Assembly (NCBI GenBank): GCA_037310415.1
Contig: CP147780.1
Span: 2,400,001-2,464,000, forward strand
Source of the DNA: Candidatus Atabeyarchaeum deiterrae
GTDB taxonomy: Archaea > Asgardarchaeota > Atabeyarchaeia > Atabeyarchaeales > Atabeyarchaeaceae
Direction of reading: 5' to 3'
DNA: 64,000 nucleotides
Made by a program: the position numbers and the translations under genes. Positions within the stretch are counted from its first letter, which is position 1. Every line of letters starts with the position of its first letter. The notes under the pieces are model-generated. The model saw only the letters and a list, made by a program, of their open reading frames with translations. It was not told the origin of the DNA and did no database searches. Of this stretch, positions 57,863 through 64,000 are shown one piece after another.

Positions 57863-58663
57863 CTACTTACACGCGCTTCCTTCGTAGAGTTTCAGTTTAG
57901 TGTTCTTCGTCAGATTTATTTCCTGCACATCTATTTCACCGTTCTCATCGATATCGATAACGTTAAACGAGTTGCCGAGTCGAGCACGCGTCCTGACGCA
58001 TGATAGTGTTCCTGCATTGACGAATAGCGTGTTGTTGATCTTGATTGCACGCTGCACGTGCCTGTGTCCCATGATTACGAGTTGAACATTGTTTCGGAGT
58101 AGAAGCTCAAGCACGTCCCCAGCATCTTCAAGCACGTTTATCTCTCGACCTGAGTACGGAACTGGGACCACATGGTGGTGGAGGGCCACGATCTTGAACA
58201 CTCCACGGGGTAACTCCTTTATTTTGGATTCAAGGAAGTCTTGTCTTCTCCGCCCAAGTCTTCCTTCGTCTCTGTCGGGTTCGGGACTGTTCATGACGTA
58301 GATTACCAAGTCTCCTTCCCTTTCTTCAAAGTCTGGTCTTCCGATGAGTTCCTTGAACAACTCTTGACCGTAGTTTCTTTCATCGTGATTGCCTGGAACG
58401 AATACTTTTTTTTCCGGCAGCAAATCTATTTTCTTTAATGCAAGTTCATAGTCTTCAAGAATGCCCCAGTCGGTTAAGTCCCCCGTGTGTATCAGAAGGT
58501 TTGGCCTTGGTTCGAGTCTGTTGATTTCTCTGACTGCTTTCTCAAAGAAGTCTGGCTTGAATTGACCGACAGGCGATATGTGAGTATCCGAGATGTGGAC
58601 GATTCTTGTCTTGATATCTCTCAATCCAAAAACACCTCCTGTCCATGAACAGTGACTTGTCAA
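57863..58663 (-). CDS. Calcineurin-like metallophosphoesterase (CpdA/Icc-like)
   Basis: DTH, GD, GNHD, HH, GHRH. True start is probably the TTG at ~58624. Confidence 0.92.
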   Translation of the reverse strand: MTSHCSWTGGVFGLRDIKTRIVHISDTHISPVGQFKPDFFEKAVREINRLEPRPNLLIHTGDLTDWGILEDYELALKKIDLLPEKKVFVPGNHDERNYGQELFKELIGRPDFEEREGDLVIYVMNSPEPDRDEGRLGRRRQDFLESKIKELPRGVFKIVALHHHVVPVPYSGREINVLEDAGDVLELLLRNNVQLVIMGHRHVQRAIKINNTLFVNAGTLSCVRTRARLGNSFNVIDIDENGEIDVQEINLTKNTKLKLYEGSACK

Positions 58664-58727
58664 GCTGCCCTACGATTTGATTGCAGATACAGATAAACTT
58701 GTTCTTAGGCTGGGATTCTTGCTTCAC

Positions 58728-59396
58728 TCAGAGGTGCTTGATTAGATAACTAGTAACGAGAGAAACAACAGTCTTCCCTTTGGCGGTGTAGATATGATTC
58801 GCACCGTCGATTAGTTGAAGAGTTTTCTCCTTCGCGTTTTCCAGTGACTTGAGTACCTTCTCTGATTCAGAGTATGGAACCATCTCGTCCGCTGTTCCAT
58901 GCACGAGGAGAACTGGACTACTCACTCTTGGAGTAAATTCAAGCACATCGAGTCTTGTCTCAGTTGGATTGGTTGAAGGACTGATGGACACAATCACTTT
59001 GGCATTCACCCTCTCGGCAGCCATGAGTACGAGACTCCCACCAAACGAGTAGCCAACAAGAGCGATTCTTTCGCGATTGACATTCTGCTGTTTGCGGATG
59101 AATTCCACTGCTTTTATTACATCTTCTAACTCTCCTCGACCTTGGCCATATGTTCCAGTGCTCTGGGGGACTCCACGATAGTTGAATCTGAGCGTGTTGA
59201 ATCCCTGTTTTGAGAATTCGCGAACAAGATCGGTAAGGAGGTAGAAATCCATAGTCCCTCCGAAGTTCGGGTGGGGATGGCATAGGACAACTCCAGGAGA
59301 GTTTCGAGATCCTCGATGCATAAGTCCTTCAAGATATACGCCAGACTCACCGAATCTCACCTTTTCTTCAAGAATCGCAGACATCTTAGGCATCAC
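58728..59396 (-). CDS. Alpha/beta hydrolase
   Basis: CHPHPNFGGTM, RFNYRGV, GYSFGG, HGTADEMV, GANH. Confidence 0.92.
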   Translation of the reverse strand: MMPKMSAILEEKVRFGESGVYLEGLMHRGSRNSPGVVLCHPHPNFGGTMDFYLLTDLVREFSKQGFNTLRFNYRGVPQSTGTYGQGRGELEDVIKAVEFIRKQQNVNRERIALVGYSFGGSLVLMAAERVNAKVIVSISPSTNPTETRLDVLEFTPRVSSPVLLVHGTADEMVPYSESEKVLKSLENAKEKTLQLIDGANHIYTAKGKTVVSLVTSYLIKHL

Positions 59397-59607
59397 ATCC
59401 TGAAGCGTTACGTCTCCGAGTTTTGCAGCAGAAACAACATACCGAAATCAGGACAACTAGCTGTGGAGTAGTCGGAATAATCCAGAGCATTTAAGTGTTT
59501 CTTGTTACAGATTACCGATATTGTTAAAGGGCATGACCTAAGAGTTTTTAATTCTGCAGAATCGATAATAGGCCGTACTAGTTTTTGATCAGGACAAGAG
59601 CAGTTGT

Positions 59608-60978
59608 GTGGTTGATTCTCATATGAAGGTCGCTATCCTCGGTGGCGGTTTGACGGGGCTCACCATTGGATATCTCTTAAACCAGAGGGGAACTGATATT
59701 GAGATTCTTGAGAAGGAAGAGGAATGCGGGGGGCTAATGAGGAGTCTGGTCGAGAATGGTTTCACCTTCGATTATGGCGGCGCACATATCCTCTTTTCCA
59801 AAGACAAAGAAGCGTTGAACTTCATACTCGATCTCCTCGCTGAGAACAAGGTGGCAAACAAAAGGAACACAAAGATCCTATACAAGGAACGCTACGTGAA
59901 GTACCCCTTTGAAAATGGTTTAGCCGATCTACCAATAGAAGAGAATTTCGAGTGCCTATATGATTTCATTCAGAATCTGATCAGAAAAGAGAAAGGGGAA
60001 TCAAGGAAACCCAGAAATCTCAGAGAGTGGTTCTACTACACTTTCGGAAAAGGTATGACCGAGAAATACATGATCCCATACAATGAGAAGATCTGGAAGC
60101 ATCCCACGGAGGATATTTCGCTCGAATGGGTTGAGAGAATCCCGAATCCACCAGTAGAAGACATAGTGAAGTCATCGTTAGGCATTCAGACAGAAGGTTA
60201 CACCCACCAGCTAGACTTTTTCTATCCTATTGTTGGCGGAATACAGTCGGTCATCAGGGCCATCGAAGAGAAGTTGAAAGGACACATTGTCAAGAGATTC
60301 CAAGTGAAAAGCATTCGAAAAAAAGGAAACAAATGGATTGTATCAAGTGGCGATAGTGAAAAAGAATTTGACAAAGTGATCTCGACGATTCCGATACACG
60401 ACATTATTGGGGTCTTCAAGAATGGAGGAATCAGCGTTCCCGCGACAGTACAACGTGCAGTTAGACAGCTGAAGTATAATTCACTTATTACTGTCATGCT
60501 GGGAGTGCAAAACCGTAAGCTCAATGAGCTCCATTGGTTGTACATACCAGAGAAGAACGCACTAGCGCATAGAGTGAGTTTTCCATCCAACTTTTCTCCC
60601 AAAGCCGCTTCCAGCGGCAAATCATCCGTGATGGCTGACATAACATGCAACTATGGTGACAGAGTCTGGTCGATGAAGGACGAAGACCTCATCACCGAAA
60701 CAATCGACAACCTGAAAGAACTTAGGATTATTGACAAACAAGATTCAGTTTGCTTGTCTAAGGTTCGGAGATTCAAATACGCGTATGTCATAAGCGACTT
60801 AAATTTCGAGAAGAACATAGTGACGACCACAAAGTACGTTAGGAGAGTTGGGATAGATCTGGTCGGTCGGTTTGCAGAATTCAGATACTTCAATATGGAT
60901 GCGTGTGTCAGAAGAGCAATGGAATACACCTCATCCTTGAGACTACAGAGAGGAATGCAAAGTAAAGGTTTATCTTAG
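59608..60978 (+). CDS. FAD-dependent oxidoreductase (protoporphyrinogen oxidase / UDP-galactopyranose mutase-like)
   Basis: GGGLTG, EK...GG, FDYGGAH, PYNEKIW, YP..GG, GRFAEFRYFNMD. Confidence 0.85.
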   Translation: MVDSHMKVAILGGGLTGLTIGYLLNQRGTDIEILEKEEECGGLMRSLVENGFTFDYGGAHILFSKDKEALNFILDLLAENKVANKRNTKILYKERYVKYPFENGLADLPIEENFECLYDFIQNLIRKEKGESRKPRNLREWFYYTFGKGMTEKYMIPYNEKIWKHPTEDISLEWVERIPNPPVEDIVKSSLGIQTEGYTHQLDFFYPIVGGIQSVIRAIEEKLKGHIVKRFQVKSIRKKGNKWIVSSGDSEKEFDKVISTIPIHDIIGVFKNGGISVPATVQRAVRQLKYNSLITVMLGVQNRKLNELHWLYIPEKNALAHRVSFPSNFSPKAASSGKSSVMADITCNYGDRVWSMKDEDLITETIDNLKELRIIDKQDSVCLSKVRRFKYAYVISDLNFEKNIVTTTKYVRRVGIDLVGRFAEFRYFNMDACVRRAMEYTSSLRLQRGMQSKGLS

Positions 60979-61060
60979 TAGTCAAGGAAAGTTGTAGCAT
61001 GAAAGATAGACCCCATAGAGGATGTATTCTACTCGGAGCTAATAGGAGGCGAGTAGCCAG

Positions 61061-61468
61061 ATGGCTAAGATGCCGCCACAGGTAATGGAGAAGTTCAACG
61101 ACCTTAGTGCTTTCAAATTCATGGCTACAGTTGATGAGAATGGGAACCCAAACGTTGTACCGATAACTTCCATCATCGCTGTTGACGCTGAAACCCTAAT
61201 GTTTGCCGACATCATGATGTGGAAGACCAAGAGGAATCTGCTCAAGAACGGTAAGGTCGCATGCGCCGTAATAACAAAGGAAAATGTAGCGTACCAAGCC
61301 AAAGGAAGATTCCAAGGGTTTCAGAAGGGTGGACCACTCTTCGACTTTGTAGCAAGTGTTCCGCTTCTTAGGTATAATGCATATTGGGGTCCCAAGGCAG
61401 TAGGCATAATAAAAGTTGATGAAGTCTACTCCGCTTGCCCACCGCTTCCTGGCAAGAAGATAGCGTGA
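61061..61468 (+). CDS. Pyridoxamine 5'-phosphate oxidase-family FMN-binding protein
   Basis: MATVDENGNPNVVP, KTKRNL..NGKV, YQAKG. Confidence 0.85.
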   Translation: MAKMPPQVMEKFNDLSAFKFMATVDENGNPNVVPITSIIAVDAETLMFADIMMWKTKRNLLKNGKVACAVITKENVAYQAKGRFQGFQKGGPLFDFVASVPLLRYNAYWGPKAVGIIKVDEVYSACPPLPGKKIA

Positions 61469-61510
61469 ATTTAGGCCAGTGAAATGAACAGAAGGGTAAG
61501 TGTCTGAGAG

Positions 61511-62728
61511 GTGAGAAATACGAAAGTCACTCTCCTAGGTGGAGGTGGAGCAATAGGCAGCTCGGCGGCAAAAGCTCTGGTCACTTCACGTGTTTTTGAT
61601 GAGGTCTTGCTGGCCGATGTTGAGATAGAGAAGATCAGGAAACTTGCCAAAGTGCTTGGAGAGAATACTTCGGCGGCGAAAGTTGACATTCACAGACCAG
61701 AGACGATAAAGGATGTCACAAAGAACTCAGATGTGGTTCTGAATTGCACAGGTCCCTTCTATGAGTGTGGTCCAAAAGTCCTTGAAGCAGTAATAGAGGC
61801 AGGAAAGAACTACGTCGACGTATGCGATGACTATGATGCGACTGTGAAAATGCTTGGCTACGACAAGAAAGCAAAAGACGCGGAGATCTCAGCTTTGATA
61901 GGTATGGGAAGCTCGCCTGGCGCTTCCAACCTGTTCGCCAAGTTCTGCACCAGCTACCTTCAAGTGGAATCCGTCGACATCTACCATGCGCATGGAGGGG
62001 AGCCCTATGAAGGTCCTGGAGTCATAAAACACAGGCTACATGGAATGCAAATGGACATACCTGTCTTTGACGAAGAACTCAAGACGGTTCAGTTCTTCGG
62101 GGAAGACGGAAAGGCTTTGATACAAGAAATAGAGTTTTCTGGGCTTGGGAAATACCCAGTTTATCCATATCCGCATCCAGAGACGATAACATTACCCAAG
62201 TATCTCAAAGGGGTAAAGTGGGTCATGAACCGTGGAGTCGTGCTTCCTGTCGAATATATGGAATTGATCATGGATATGGTGAGATTAGGAATAGTAAGCG
62301 AAGAACCTCTCGACGTCGGCAGTAAGAAAATCATCCCACTAGATTTCGCGGTCGCATACATCATAAAGAAGAGAGAGGAATTGAATAAGAAGACTGGTTT
62401 CACTAAGCCGATGGGCGGAGTCAAGGTGGTCGTTAAAGGAAAAGAGAAAGGCAAAAATGTTCAATATGTGGTGAACGCTGCCTCCACCGGTGGAATGATG
62501 GAAGGAACCGGAACACCAGCCGCGATAGGTGCAATACTAATGTCAAGTATCAAAGGGAAGACTCCAAAGATCAAGATGAAAGGAGTGTTTCCGCCTGAAG
62601 CTGCGGTTGATCCAGTTGACGCATTTGAATGGGCTGGTAAGTTCAAGGAAAAAGGCGGAGGCATTGGAATCAAGGTTGAAAGAATAGATGAAGAAGGAAA
62701 AGTCAAACCAGTAGCACTTCCGATATGA
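61511..62728 (+). CDS. Saccharopine dehydrogenase-family oxidoreductase
   Basis: LLGGGGAIG, NCTGPF, YVDVCDD, GMGSSPG, HPE..TLP, GVFPPEA. Confidence 0.9.
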   Translation: MRNTKVTLLGGGGAIGSSAAKALVTSRVFDEVLLADVEIEKIRKLAKVLGENTSAAKVDIHRPETIKDVTKNSDVVLNCTGPFYECGPKVLEAVIEAGKNYVDVCDDYDATVKMLGYDKKAKDAEISALIGMGSSPGASNLFAKFCTSYLQVESVDIYHAHGGEPYEGPGVIKHRLHGMQMDIPVFDEELKTVQFFGEDGKALIQEIEFSGLGKYPVYPYPHPETITLPKYLKGVKWVMNRGVVLPVEYMELIMDMVRLGIVSEEPLDVGSKKIIPLDFAVAYIIKKREELNKKTGFTKPMGGVKVVVKGKEKGKNVQYVVNAASTGGMMEGTGTPAAIGAILMSSIKGKTPKIKMKGVFPPEAAVDPVDAFEWAGKFKEKGGGIGIKVERIDEEGKVKPVALPI

Positions 62729-62822
62729 ACTGGGAGTTCTTATAGATTCAGATTGCTGATACCATGCTCCATCCTTTTTTCGATTTGTTCTTCTGGAAGC
62801 AATCCAAGAAGCTGGTGATTCA

Positions 62823-64000
62823 GTGCCCGACAAACTGTTTCTCGCATATGATGTCGGTACGACAAATCAGAAGACAGCCCTTGTGGACGAGAAGTTCAAT
62901 ATCCTTGGAATGTCGTCGGGCAAGTACCCAGTCCACATCCCAAAGAAAAACTATGCTGAGCAGGACCCCCTGGACTGGTGGCACATGATCACAAAAACAA
63001 CAAACCAGCTAAGACGAGAAAGGAACCTGCACTTCAATGACATCGCGGCAATAGTCTTCTCAGGGCAAGCGCTGAGCACCGTCCTAATAGACAAAAACGG
63101 CGAGCCCCTAATGAACTCAATGATCTGGATGGACGCAAGAGCCGCCAAACAAGCCAAAGAATTGATTGGAAGTGGACTGATAAAAATCAGCGGGTACAAT
63201 TTGTTCACCTTGCTGAAATTCTTGCGGATTACAAAAGGAGGCCCAGGGCTTGCTGGCAAAGATGTCATACCAAGAATTCTCTGGCTTAAAGAAAACATGC
63301 CAGACATCTACAAGGAATGTTACAAGATCCTTGATTGCAACAGTTACATGATCTACAAGACAACGGGAGAGGCCGTCATGAGTAGATTTGACGCTAACCT
63401 CTCTTGGATGATGGACACGCGTCGGGATGCTATGAACTGGTCAGAGTCTATCCTCGACAAGTACGGAATAGACAAGAGAAAACTCCCTGAGATCAAGCCA
63501 TCGACCAGCATCGCTGGAACACTACGCAGAGAGGCGGCGCATGAACTCAATCTTCCCGAAGGAATTCCAGTCATTGTTGGCGCCGGAGACATTCCATGCG
63601 CTGCAGTCGGTTCGTCCGCGGTGAAGGAAAGGGAGTTCTTTGTCTACATCGGAACTAGCGACTTCATGGGGGCGCATATACGTGAACGGGACGTGGATAT
63701 CTCTCACTACATGGGAAGTCTCTGCAGCGCGATTCCTGACATGTATCTGTATACAGGCGAGCAAGAAAGTGCAGGGTCATGTTTAGACTGGGTTAAGAAT
63801 GAATTTTTCAGGGATGCTGAGAAGGATATGGGCGGTGAAGCATACATAGTCATGGACGACGGGGCAAGTAGAATTGCCGCTGGCTCCGAAGGTCTGATGT
63901 TCGCACCCTGGATGGGTGGAGAGAAAACACCCGTAGATGATCCTTGCATAAGGGGAGGATTCCACAATCTTAGCCTAGAGCACACTAGGGATCATGTAAC
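62823..64000 (+). CDS. FGGY-family carbohydrate kinase (xylulokinase-like), 3'-truncated by window edge
   Basis: GTG start; MPDKLFLAYDVGTTNQKTALVD, EQDPLDWW, FSGQ, WMDARA, GAGD, YIGTS, PWMGGEKTP. Open to the end of the window and absent from the ORF track. Confidence 0.92.
   Translation, partial: MPDKLFLAYDVGTTNQKTALVDEKFNILGMSSGKYPVHIPKKNYAEQDPLDWWHMITKTTNQLRRERNLHFNDIAAIVFSGQALSTVLIDKNGEPLMNSMIWMDARAAKQAKELIGSGLIKISGYNLFTLLKFLRITKGGPGLAGKDVIPRILWLKENMPDIYKECYKILDCNSYMIYKTTGEAVMSRFDANLSWMMDTRRDAMNWSESILDKYGIDKRKLPEIKPSTSIAGTLRREAAHELNLPEGIPVIVGAGDIPCAAVGSSAVKEREFFVYIGTSDFMGAHIRERDVDISHYMGSLCSAIPDMYLYTGEQESAGSCLDWVKNEFFRDAEKDMGGEAYIVMDDGASRIAAGSEGLMFAPWMGGEKTPVDDPCIRGGFHNLSLEHTRDHV

Overview
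Archaeal chromosomal DNA, very probably from an Asgard archaeon. This is inferred from a two-domain gelsolin, a Rab-like small GTPase, longin/roadblock-like proteins, TFB, archaeal TrpRS and Sua5, KaiC/RAD55-type ATPases, and a tRNA with bulge-helix-bulge introns. Most of the window is housekeeping and metabolism: ABC/MFS/EamA transporters, hydrolases, peptidases, two DNA glycosylases, a glycyl radical enzyme and a distant activase, LutA/B-like Fe-S proteins and a TPP enzyme. No CRISPR array, rRNA, transposase or integrase was seen. Elements missing from the ORF track that I read from the sequence: (1) a peroxiredoxin-like selenoprotein gene (in-frame TGA in a UxxC motif) with a eukaryote-type SECIS candidate just after its stop codon; (2) a tRNA-Thr(CGT) split by two introns around a 5-nt exon; (3) a CxxC-x17-CxxC zinc-ribbon gene behind a structured leader that occludes its ribosome-binding site; (4) a 41-codon ORF and paired operators opposite an ArsR-type regulator; (5) a flavin-reductase pseudogene; (6) an FGGY kinase running off the right end. 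The most unexplained locus is a self-contained operon of four paralogous ~100-aa, three-helix membrane proteins arranged A-B-A'-B'. All family assignments are from motif recognition by eye; no database search was run.
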